DNA of 64,000 nt from Basidiobolus meristosporus CBS 931.73 (lineage: Eukaryota; Fungi; Basidiobolomycota), in assembly GCA_002104905.1 (NCBI GenBank), contig MCFE01000115.1, forward strand, positions 62,001 through 126,000, written 5' to 3'. The notes beneath the pieces are model-generated. The model ran no database searches. It saw nothing but the letters and a program-made list of their open reading frames with translations, and had not been told where the DNA came from. Below are positions 35,862 through 47,224 of this stretch, piece after piece (position 1 is the stretch's first letter; the number at the start of each line of letters is the position of its first letter). The translations under genes were made by a program, and so were the position numbers.

Positions 35862-38585
35862 TCACACCGCCATATAGTAATCCAAGCTCATACACGTATT
35901 ACTGTGTCCGTCGGGGTTGACTTTCGGCTCCACGGTTAAGCTCGCGTTATACACTCGACCGCCGATATCCTTGATATCTTTCATCGCCAAGTTGACCTCG
36001 TCGAGCACATGGCGTAAGTAGCTCTGGATCTCGGGCACCTCCACCAGCGAGTAAGGCGATTGGAACTTGGTCATTGATTCGATGATGCCGATCACCCTGC
36101 GCTGCTTGTCCATGTTGATCTGGTCTGGCTTCTCCTTGCGGAAGTCCTTGTTCCCATCATAGGTGAAGGTCAAGTCGGTCAGGTACAACCCCAGGAAAGG
36201 AAGGCACGGTGTGGATGAGCGCTGGAGCAACTCGCGGTAAACTTGGAAGTTCTTGTGGCGGTTCACGATGGAGCTCTGTTGGTTCAGGATGACCGAGTAT
36301 TTACGCGACAGAAGCTCTTGCGTACGCTTGAGCCGATTGACCCCGGATGAGTTGAGCGCAGACACGATCGAAAATAGCGTGTTGTAGTTGTTCAGCTGTA
36401 GACACTTCTCTCCTACACGGATGAAGTACTTCAAGATGTTCGATCGGTTCTTCAAATCCTCCTCCCTAACGATGCAATCGGCTATCCAGGTGGTGATGGC
36501 AGTGCTGAGCTTGGTCATTGCCTGGACGTGCACGGAGATACTGGACTTCTTGGAGAACTCCTTGTCAATTAGTTCGTACGGCTGAATAGCACAGAATTCT
36601 TTGCTTTCTAGGATGGTGAACTGTCTAGCCAACTCCAGCGGATCCAACTCCGCGATAAAGAACCCTTTGTGCGCCTTTAATGCCGCACTTACATACGGAG
36701 ATAGAAGGGGAACTGGTGGGGCCGAGCGGCGATTTCCAGGGACATTCATTGAAGAATCGATTGAGAGGGGTCTCGTATTGCTGGGACGAGTTTTCAGGGC
36801 TTTCTGGTCAAGGAGCTTCAGCAGGTCTTTAGACTCGGCTGGCAAGTGGGGGGAAGCCACTTTGAGGACGAATTTCCTGATGAGCTCGGTGGAGCCCTGG
36901 TCGAGCTGTTCGGCATAGTACAGCGTGAGCCAGAGTTTGAAAACCATGTATATTCTGAGACGTATAGGGGTTAGCTTTCCACTAGTCCAGATCTTCTGCT
37001 CGCTTGGCTGCAGCGCCTGCTTGGGATCCAAGAGAAACCGCCTCGTAAGGCTCTCCACCAACGCCTCGGGGGTCGTGAAGGTTCGGAATGTAAGAAGAAA
37101 GATCTTGACAAACTGCAGATCCATGGTAGTGTCATGCTGGGTCATGTACTCCACCAATGCATCCAACGTACCGCCGAGGATTAGGCCAGTGCTATCAAGA
37201 GTCAGATTCTCGCTGTTGATATCAGTATGCATGAACCAGGGGTTGGTGTCATTAGTGGATGAAACAGCTGATTGGGAGGGGGTCGATTTGATCCCAAACC
37301 AGTTGCGAAAGAGGCCCTTCCCCTTCTTTTTCACCCCCTTCTCCTCTGCCGGAATGCCAATGATACTCTCATGCTTGCTTCCTCTCCGAAGGACGTTGGG
37401 GGCTGAGTAACGCTTGATGTTTTTCTCCATCGCTGCCTGAACCTCTGTCGAACTATCCTCGGACTGACTGGAGGCTGGTGTGGAATTGAGGTTCGTCCCT
37501 GAGTGCCGGCTATCACCGACGATGGCTGGTATGTCGTAACTCCCGCTACTCCGGACCGTGGAAATCTCGTGGTTGTCCGGGGGGGAAAAGAGCACGTCGC
37601 TAGTAATTCTGAGGATCCACAAGTTGTTCAGTCGTAGCCATTCAAAGGGAGAGTCGGTGTCGAGTGAGTCGCTTCTTCTCTTCAAAAGGGAGTGAATCAG
37701 TCGGCTGATGATCTTATGTAGCTCCTGACAATTGTTCAGTAAATTGACAATCGCCTTGATTACAAAAGGATCCGATGTATCAGTTGCGTTATGATACATA
37801 AGAAGCAGCTCACTGATCCAATGATATGCAAGTTTCTTTTTGGCGACAAGCAGGCGATATGCATCGTCCTTGACCAATGATTTGTTTCCCTGCGGCACCC
37901 AGGCTAGCTGAGGGATATTCAGCAATTCAATTATGCTCAGGAGCTCGAAAGCCACCCTGAATGCCTTGGGAATGATCTCGGAATATTTGGGGGGAAAGGA
38001 GTTCTGAATGTCGGCGAAGACTTCGTCAAACGAATTTTCGAGGTTCGACAGACGTACGGCGAATTCGCCATTGGAGATTTTCCAGCAAACCAACTCCTCT
38101 TTTCCCGGCTCCGGAAGGGAGGGATCGATCTCTGGCACCCACGAGTAAACCTTCTTGACGTCCGGACTCGGCGATTCAAGAGCGGGCTGTGAATCCAGCA
38201 CGACATTCGAGAAGTTGGTGATGGCGTACAGAAGGTGCATTGCATGGCTGCTGATGGAATTCTCCTCTTTCAGCTCCCCATTTTCCTGGCCCTCGATGAA
38301 TGCAGACACGAGCTGCAGAAGCCCAGCCATCGTGGCCAAGAAAGTCGTGCTGGCGTTATTGTAGGTCAGGAACCGGGTGGAATCGAATCTACAGGTGTGG
38401 TACAGTTGCCGGACACTGGCTACAACGGCGTTGAGGGATTCTGTTTCGTGCAGGATGGTTCCGTCTCTGATTGTATTTCGAAATTCTGTAATGGCCCGAA
38501 TGCCTTCGCTGGCTTGATTGCTCCATGTCAGCTTCGACGCCTCCATGGATGCTTGTGGTGCGTTGGCGACAGTAGAGAGTACCAT
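35862..38585 (-). CDS. Ras guanine-nucleotide exchange factor (REM + CDC25 RasGEF domains)
   Basis: 907-aa ORF. REM-like GGTLDALVEYMT..FLLTFRTFTTP..RIYMVFKLWL. CDC25 domain ELARQFTILES..LNNYNTLFSIVSAL..PCLPFLGLYLTDLTF..GN. The true start is uncertain. Confidence 0.92.
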   Translation of the reverse strand: MVLSTVANAPQASMEASKLTWSNQASEGIRAITEFRNTIRDGTILHETESLNAVVASVRQLYHTCRFDSTRFLTYNNASTTFLATMAGLLQLVSAFIEGQENGELKEENSISSHAMHLLYAITNFSNVVLDSQPALESPSPDVKKVYSWVPEIDPSLPEPGKEELVCWKISNGEFAVRLSNLENSFDEVFADIQNSFPPKYSEIIPKAFRVAFELLSIIELLNIPQLAWVPQGNKSLVKDDAYRLLVAKKKLAYHWISELLLMYHNATDTSDPFVIKAIVNLLNNCQELHKIISRLIHSLLKRRSDSLDTDSPFEWLRLNNLWILRITSDVLFSPPDNHEISTVRSSGSYDIPAIVGDSRHSGTNLNSTPASSQSEDSSTEVQAAMEKNIKRYSAPNVLRRGSKHESIIGIPAEEKGVKKKGKGLFRNWFGIKSTPSQSAVSSTNDTNPWFMHTDINSENLTLDSTGLILGGTLDALVEYMTQHDTTMDLQFVKIFLLTFRTFTTPEALVESLTRRFLLDPKQALQPSEQKIWTSGKLTPIRLRIYMVFKLWLTLYYAEQLDQGSTELIRKFVLKVASPHLPAESKDLLKLLDQKALKTRPSNTRPLSIDSSMNVPGNRRSAPPVPLLSPYVSAALKAHKGFFIAELDPLELARQFTILESKEFCAIQPYELIDKEFSKKSSISVHVQAMTKLSTAITTWIADCIVREEDLKNRSNILKYFIRVGEKCLQLNNYNTLFSIVSALNSSGVNRLKRTQELLSRKYSVILNQQSSIVNRHKNFQVYRELLQRSSTPCLPFLGLYLTDLTFTYDGNKDFRKEKPDQINMDKQRRVIGIIESMTKFQSPYSLVEVPEIQSYLRHVLDEVNLAMKDIKDIGGRVYNASLTVEPKVNPDGHSNTCMSLDYYMAV

Positions 38586-39197
38586 ACCAATTTGAATATT
38601 GCGGGGTGGATCTCCTTGGGCAATATGAACAGACTAGGTATTGAATAGAGGGAATCAGGGTTGGGAATGGGGACACAGAGGGAAGTAAGCGCCCTCATGC
38701 TCAGAGGCGCCCTTTTATCTGGAATGGTCAACTGCAACCTAACATGGATCCTGACGTTTAGCTCAAGTCGGCAAACCCCTCTGGTGATTGATAAACATGT
38801 TTCATCAACTCTCTTCTAATTAAGGCCAATGCCGGCATACACGCCCATCAGCCACCTGGTCCATATTGTAATTGATCTGGTAGTTGAAAAGTGGCACCTG
38901 CCCCTTAGCTGGATCCTAGGGTGAACGCACTAAGCACAGATAGTCAAAGTGATACTGTGGGCTGAATCGTTTCAGTCACCAAACCGTGACTACAATTTCC
39001 GACATGGGCTTGTGAAGGCGCTATAGACCGAAGATTAGCCAGATTTCGGCGAGACAGCGCATCATGTATTCGGATTTCAGGCTGTCATTGGCCCCATCAT
39101 CTTGGTTGATTGATTTATTTCTTTGTTTATAATACTCCAGTCACTTGTAACAATAAACAAGCACTAATCCGAAATTTCCTCGGTTCCAGCTGCCAAC

Positions 39198-42100
39198 ATG
39201 GTTGCTACGGATTGCGAACAAACCCAAGTCTATGCGCTTGAGACTCCCCAAGATGCCAGCGCCTATCGCTTCCCTTTCGAGCCATACTCGATCCAGTTGG
39301 AATTCATGCAGAGCTTGTTCGAAACCATCGAGAGCTCCAAGGTCGGCATTTTCGAGAGCCCAACTGGAACGGTGAATATCCCTACTTTTAACTGCTCATG
39401 GCGTACTTCTACTAATTGCCTGGCCTACCAGGGGAAATCTTTGAGTTTGATTTGCGGTGCGCTAACTTGGCTTCAGGAGAATCAACAGCGACACTTGAAA
39501 GGTGTGACCACCGTAGACACCTCCAATTCCGAAGGTATCGATCCTTCATTGCTGCACAACTCATGAATGCGGATACTCACCTCGCCCCAAAGACCCCCCG
39601 TGGGTTCAAGCCTTCGCAGTAAACCGCCTAAAAAAAGAAGCAGAGGAGGAGGAAGCAAAACGACGAGAGGAACACGAAGAGCGAGTTCGTAGAATTCAGG
39701 AGCGCGACGAGAAAGAGCGAAAGTCGCTTGCGAAAAAAAGACCCGTAGGTGGCAGGCTTCTGACCCGGAATAAGCCCCCGTAGTTAACCCCTCCCCTTCC
39801 AGAGGACCTATAGTCGCGACGTTGACAAAACAACCAAGAAGTCGGCTATCAGAGAGGCTGAAGAGGATGAGACCGAGGATGAGGATCAATACATCCTCGA
39901 AGACTATGATAGCGACACAGAGAACTCCAAATCCGGACAGCCCTCTGGCTTTGCCAATTACTCCACCGAGGTTCTTGGCCTCATCAAAAGGTATTTTGCA
40001 TTCATACAGATATCCACGCCTCTTATTGACGAGCTTCTAGCCTGGAGGAGAGGGAGAAAGGACTTGCTGGCGTGGCCAACCCTGCCCAGCAAGAGGAGGA
40101 GCCCGACGAGGTCAAGATAATCTATTGCTCCCGCACACATTCCCAACTCTCGCAGTTTATTCATGAACTGAAGAAGACCCAGTTTCGAGAGGAAGTCAAG
40201 TCGGTGTCGCTTGGATCGAGGAAACTCACCTGCATATACGAGCCGGTTCAATTGCTCAACAATGTAGAACGCATGAATGACACCTGTCTTGATCTCCAAA
40301 AGCCAGGTGAGTGGTTTCTGAAGCGGCCGATGAGCAAGGGGCTGACCTGAATTGAGCTAGAAACGAAGGCAGAGAAAAAGTGCCCATATCTCCATAAAAA
40401 CGACCCCGTCCCCATGCTTGACTACAAAGACCGCGTGTTGGTACGGTGGCTATTGGATGCGACTGCACCGCCCATGACTAACCGGGACTTTAGGCTGCTG
40501 TTCAAGATATCGAGGAGCTGGTTAGCGTTGGACGACGGACCGGCGTTTGCCCGTATTACGGGACCCGAAAGGCCATCAACCCATCGCAGATTGTCACCAT
40601 GCCGTACAACGTCCTGCTGCAAAAGTCATCCAGAGACGCCATGGGAATCTCGCTAAAGAACAACGTTCTCATCATCGACGAGGCCCACAAGTATGCTTGC
40701 AAACTTACGCTCCAGCCACCAATCAACCACTGACACTGACTGCTACTCCAGCTTGATCGATACCATCACCAACGTGCATAGCTGCACCATCGGACTGAGC
40801 GAGGTGGTGAATGCTAACCAACAGCTCCATCTCTATCTAGGCAAGTATCGGAATAGGCTAAAAGGAAAGAACCAAATCTACATCCGACAGATATTGGTGT
40901 TGCTGGGCGCGCTGATCAAAAACCTGAATAGACACCTGCAGATGCGCGAGAGCTTGGTCACCAGGGTGGCCGATGACAACGAGGTGACCATGAAGCCGGT
41001 CAACGAATTTCTTCATCAGCTGAAGATCGACCACCTCAACATCTTCAAAATCCAGAAATACATGAAAGAGAGTCAGATCTCCAAGAAGGTATCTAGTGAT
41101 TCTGAGCCCCCTCTCCTGCAGCCTTCTTACCAACATCCTTAGCTCAACGGCTTCACCGAGAGCAACTCGCGAAAAACCCTCCTCGACGAGACCAAGGAGC
41201 CCAAGCCCACCTCCGGATTACACAAGGTCGAGGCATTCCTGATGTCCCTCACCAACGCCAATGCCAATGGCCGCGTCATGACAGGAGTGTCGACCACCAA
41301 CGACCGGATCTGCAAAACACAGCAGCCCTACCTGAAGTATCTGTTACTGAATCCATCTGAGCAATTCAAAGACATCGTTGATGAAGTGCGAAGTGTTATC
41401 CTGGCTGGAGGAACCATGGAACCGGTACTTGAGACGCGGGCGCACCGATCCACTAGTGATGATTTAGCTGAACCCCTTTGTTAGATTTCGGATTTTGTAG
41501 ATTTCCTGTTTCCCCATCTGCCCGACAGCAAAATCAACAAATACGCTTTCGGCCATATCATCCCGCCAGAGTCACTACTGGTGCTGAACATTGGCGAAAG
41601 CCCAACCGGATACCCACTCGAGTTCACGTACGATCGAAGATCCGATCATAAAATGGTAGGGCCCGTCACCACCCCGACCATCTGGCACCGTGTCTTAACG
41701 GAGTTTCCTGTCTAGATCGACGAGCTTGGCCAAGTGGTTGCGAACATGTGCAACATCATTCCGGACGGTGTCGTTTGCTTCTTCCCGTCCTATTCGTTTC
41801 TCGACTCTGTGTACCAGAGATGGGAAAGCACGGGGGTTCTGAGCCGGATTCGGAAGAAGAAGAAGGTAGATGCCCTCTCCTGTAGACACCTGATTAGAGC
41901 GGTGCTAAGCAAGCATATTTCTAGATTTTTCAAGAGCCAAAGGTGGCTGATATGGTGGATCAAACCCTGCGTGAATATGCCCAGTCCATTGAGCAGCCAT
42001 CTGTGCGTAGCGTTTTATGAGGCCCTCCTCTTCCTATCACTCATCTTGCTGTATAGGACAACCTGACTGGAGCCATTCTCCTGAGCGTCGTAGGAGGGAA

Positions 42101-42671
42101 AATGAGCGAAGGAATCAACTTCTCCGATCGCCTGGGCCGGTAGGGACATTCATGTTTACTTCTTCCGTGCACTTCGCGAAAACTCATGACATGTACAACA
42201 GCGGAGTCATTATGGTGGGCCTCCCGTTTGCCAATCTTGCCTCACCAGAGCTTTCAGAGAAAATCAAGTTTATCGAGTCGAATGACAACTCCGATAAGAG
42301 CGGGGTAGGTATAGCAGAGGATGTGAAGAGCTTGCACTTCCTGCTAACGCTTGTCCCGAAAACTAGAACAACGGAAAAGGCAAGGCATATTATGAGAACC
42401 TCTGTATGAAGGCTGTGAATCAATCCATCGGTACGTGACCTCAGCCATCTCACAAAGTGAACCGAAGTCTAACTCTTACTCTACAACAGGCCGTGCCATT
42501 CGGCATAAAGATGACTATGCGGTAATTCTGCTCGTTGACCGGCGATTCTCCACCGAAAGAATCCAGCAGAAACTGCCAGCATGGATAGGGAAAAGCATAG
42601 TGAACTGCCCCAAGTTCGGGATGAATGTCGGCAAAGTTGCCGGCTTCTTTAGAAACCGAAAGCAGCTATGA
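39198..42671 (+). CDS. CHL1: ATP-dependent Fe-S DNA helicase Chl1/DDX11 (multi-exon)
   Basis: [15 protein letters not shown]|[46 protein letters not shown] and AVNQSIGRAIRH motifs across short GT-AG introns. Confidence 0.95.
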
Positions 42672-42959
42672 GCCCGTGTTAAAGTATAGCATGAGCATCA
42701 CCTTCAATCAACAAATAAAAGCCTTATACATAGTATTCCACATGACGAACCACTCCTTGCATAGACGTTTGCTGAGAATCGGGCCGACTACGGATCGGGA
42801 TTCATTTATTAAGTATCATCTTTCCGTATACTTCCAGGTATGAAAGGAATACTCATTTGTTGACATGTGAGCGAAGTGTGTCTCCAAGGATTATTTAAAA
42901 GAATGTGGAGAGGGGAGTCAAACCAACGTTTAGTGACTAGCAAAATACCCAATTCTAAT

Positions 42960-43799
42960 TTATTCGGATTTTTCTGTAACCTCCGATTGGGCGGCTTTTT
43001 TCTGCTGTTGCTCCAAGAAGCGTCTAAGTGATGGGAAGGTAGGAAGGTTGATTAGCTTGCAGACAGCTCAAAAGTTACCCTGGGTTCCACTCACTTTCTA
43101 GCTTGAAGAATCATATGCTCTTTTCTCCTCTGTAGATTGTCTTGACGTTTGTCTGCAGTGGCCTCCCACACTTTGGGTGGTGCCACTGTAGCATTCTCCT
43201 CATTCTCAGGATTGATATTAAAGCGATGGATAAGATTAGTGGCAGTTGCTTTGCTGTTCGATGACGAGCTTGAGGCGTTATTGGTAGTGGAGGGTGGGTT
43301 TTGGGCCGGTTGAGGTGTGGCTTCTACTGGCTGTACATTAACTCGAGGGTTAGGTGTGGCGGGAAAAGTGAGAAAGTAAATTCCAGCAAACGAAATTACC
43401 AACGGGAGTCCACCATCTCGTAAGATATTATCACAGGTTACTTCAACTGAACCGGTACGAGCGAGATCGGCCTGGATGGCGGCAATAGGCACGTTAGGGA
43501 ACATACCGTGAACAGTAGAGACCTTGAAAACGATTAGCCCACCGAAACCTTAACTGGAAGGAGCATATAAGGAGGCGATTCACCTGTTCGGGAGATACAT
43601 ATCTCCTGCCAGTGGCTAGTCCAGTGCCTGTACGTCTTTGTCTATCCTGATTTGATGGCGAGCTGCCTACAAGAAAATCTAGGTTAATCGAAGAGTACAT
43701 GTACCTTGCGGGTGCAATCTGGGAAAAGGTACCTAACAGCCAGCGAAAGACCAGAAGTATGATGAAGATGGCAACGAGAATGCTTACTCCGTCGTTCAT
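42960..43799 (-). CDS. ER membrane-anchored CUE-domain protein (Cue1/Cue4-like, with Ubc7-binding-type C-terminus)
   Basis: N-terminal TM (VSILVAIFIILLVFRWLLG), CUE motif MFPNVP..AI..DL..TGSV..T.DNIL and C-terminal RQ.NLQRRKEHMILQARKR. Several introns. Confidence 0.85.
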
Positions 43800-44144
43800 T
43801 TTTAGCAAAGTGGAACTTGATACCAAGGGTGTGGAAATATTAGAGTGGTTGACTAGTCCCTTGGCACCTTTTCATAAATATCGGGAAATTGGGGGTGCTC
43901 ATCATTTTGGTAGGTAGAATTAATTAACCGCCAATGGAGCCTTGCAATGCATACAGTGGATCTGGCAAATTATCGGGTTGAATTTCATATGATTTCAAGA
44001 ACCATGGTTCTATGTGCATACATCCACCCACCCACCCGCATACAACAATAAAAGCCATCCACTGTTCGTACCCCTTTAATAGGGCTCTTTGTCAAAACAA
44101 ACTTTGGTAGACGAGAATTTGTGTAGTACGTTGAATATCTAGAA

Positions 44145-46466
44145 ATGGTCGACCGAGTATATAGCGAGTCTGGGGGACCAGGTTTGAACAATCCCATGCA
44201 ATATGAAAGAAGGCTCATGATCGATAGGACAAGCAGTCAACAAAGCGAATTTCTGGGAATCCCAACCAAGATAGCAGAATTGAACGCTGGTAGTATTTGT
44301 ATTGTATGTACTCTCTTCCATTTCCATTTTTTGGAAACCCCTAACCGGAGCGATGTTTAAGCTGATTACAGGTACGTCAAAGAGTTCTCATTGTAAAGAG
44401 GAACGGCAGAAACAACTGAGCTCCGTATCCAGGGAGAATAGTAAATTATTCGACTTTGAGAGCGTTTGTTGGAAGAAAAGGTAAGAACAGTAGTTAGGTT
44501 TCAGTCGAAAAAGGACTTGAAAGTGCTCAGTGTATCATCCAAGAATCTGGGAAGAATAGATGGAGCCAATCCTTCCATATAAAAGATGATACTGGAGTGG
44601 TGCAAGTTAGAGTTTGGTGTGAGGATTTAGGAAGCACCGAGAAATATGCCACTTTTACGGTTAGTTGATTTTTGAATCATGACCGTCATGTCCAGGGCTA
44701 AACCGACTTGACTTATAAGTTGGATAACCTTGTCCGAGTCAGAACAGTCGACATTCGACCGTCATACACCCAAACTTCTGATTCAATTGAAAATGCGGTG
44801 GAGAGATCGACATCAGTAGTCCCGTATGTTGTGAACCTCAATGACACTCCAGACTCCATTTCATACATGGAATTGGTGACCAATGTTGACCCCCGATTGT
44901 ACAAATGTCCAATCTCCATCAACGACTATCCACGCAAGAATATCCATGAATTGAAGGAGATGTGTAAGGGGGATCAGCAAAAAAAGAATAGCGACGCAGT
45001 ATTATTAGCCTTTGTGAAACAGGTGAGATTTAGCAGTCACGTCTTGAATTGCTATGCAACTTGTTGACCTCTGCGGAGGTTTTTCCCATCGATGAAATTA
45101 TGAGCCGGAAGGGGGCGCTCAAGAAACGTTGCATTCTCTTGGTAGACTCCGAATCGGAAGAGATCCCTCTATTCCTCTGGGGGGATCACTGTGCTGGGGC
45201 AGATAGTTGGGCAACTTTTCATACTGGTACGTTCGCCCTGATAGAAGTTGCCTTGATCTAATATTAACTCAAGTATTAGTCCTGCTGATAAGCAATGCTA
45301 CTCTTTCTACATACCAAGAGCAACCCCAACTTACTTTCGGATACCGCGCTTTGATGGAGGTTGATCCGGATTTCAGGGAAGCTCAGGTAATAGATATCCA
45401 TATACATATATATATATATATATATCCCAAATACTGATTAATTTGATATTGCCTATATCGAAGTGGCTGAGAAAATATGCTGCTACCTTGAGAAATGACA
45501 CAGATCCACCTCAGGTGTTGTCAGCCTCAGGAGCATCGTACAGCAACTGTAAATATGTATCCAACAGTAGGTGACACAAGCCCGTTGAAGCCAGGCCCTG
45601 GTGTTTCTAACTCTTAGGGATACAGAGGCTAGTCAGGAGATGTTCAATGTGATGTTCAAAATCGTTGAATTGGACACCAAAGCCAAGGAGTTGAAGCCAT
45701 CAGGTAAAATAAGGATATATTTGCGATAGCTGGATGATAGAATGGCAGTAACATTCCATAGAATGCACGCGTGGGATAATATTTGCATGTGTGTCACAGT
45801 TCAACATAGACAGTGAGAACCCAAGCCACACCATAACCATGGCCGAATGGTAAGTAGTCCATCCTACAGTTGTTGATTCCTGGAGGATTGAGCCATCCCC
45901 TATGTAGCAAATCCTGCGCGACCAAATTTCACTATCTGGTGGGTGAGGGTTGCCCAACGTGTGGGAATTCGCCAGATAGATATTTCTACAACCTGACCCA
46001 TCAATTGTCCTTCATTGACGACACGGCGGAACTGCATACTCCAGTGATGGACGACTATGCGATGATAAAATTGATTGGTTACAGGGTTAGGACTACATCC
46101 AAGCACCCATATCGCCGCTTGTGCTAACCCCTTTCTAGCCAGAGGAATTTGCCACCTTGAATTCGCACGAGAAGACCGTCCTTAAGGTAAACAAAGATGG
46201 ACCATTCTCGGCACCAGCGAAGTAACATCCTCTGCAAGCAGTATTCGGTACTATTCGAAAGATTCAAGCTGTTCTTTATGGTAAGTGAAGCATCGTTTAG
46301 GAAAGGGGAGAGGGAAAAAAACGAGCCAAATGGTAGTAACCCTGCGTTCCAGATGTACAAAAACGAGATGAAACAATCCACCGAGATCCGGCTGGTGGAC
46401 TGCGAAAGAGCCAACCTGGAAGAGATGCTGAACCTCACGTACTTGGTATCCGAGATGGATACCTGA
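44145..46466 (+). CDS. MEIOB: MEIOB-like meiosis-specific OB-fold ssDNA-binding protein (multi-exon)
   Basis: Three OB-fold blocks resembling recalled human MEIOB: RWSQSFHIKDD..VRVW, VLLAFVKQV..LVD..LFLW, and C..C..CPTC..FIDDTAEL..EEFATLNSHEKTVLR..LFERFKLFF. Start and exon boundaries are approximate. Confidence 0.72.
45406..45425. repeat. (AT)10 microsatellite in an intron
   Basis: Direct reading of the sequence. Confidence 0.9.
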
Positions 46467-47224
46467 ACCATGGAACGATCCCACCCCTTCTCCCCCATCC
46501 ACGTAACTGGATATGTTTGAGGATTGGCTTTGCTGCAGATTCGAGGAAAGAAGTAACCCACCCAAAGCACACTTGGCCTGTATCACTAAATGCGCATATT
46601 TGCTCTACTGGTTACCTTGAACGTGGCACCATGGAATTTCCATCCGCACGCTTCCATTTCTCTCACCTGCTATTTCGGGACCTACTGGATCGCACCCAAG
46701 CCCGCAAACCATTTCCGGATAGGGAAGGGAATTGGTCAGGGAATAACTTGGGTCAGGATGGTGGAGGGAGGGGGGAGAGAGGCACACTGACGAAGGTGGA
46801 TCTCGGTTGGAAGTTCCGGTTGGTTTAGTAATGGTAGTATTGACATGACGGGTACACCATGGGGTGGGACCCAAGGTGGACAGAGATGAGAAGAGGTGGA
46901 TCACTACATTCAGTTACATACATATATATAAGGTGAATGGGAAGTCTACAGGTGCCCAACAAAAATATACACATTCTTGGGGATCGATTGGCAGTGGGGT
47001 GGATGTAGGATGTAGGATGGAGGATGATAAACAATACGGATGTGATAGGTATGTGAGCGGGAAAACGAATGGGGAATGGGCATCGGTGTGGCAAGGGAAG
47101 GGAAGGGAAGGGAAGAGACGAAACAATACGAGAAGAATAGTAGAGAAATGATGGGACGTGGGCGGGCAGGGGGATGAAACTATGGTTTGGTAAAGTGTGA
47201 ACGACCGGGCCCGTTCAGGATCTC

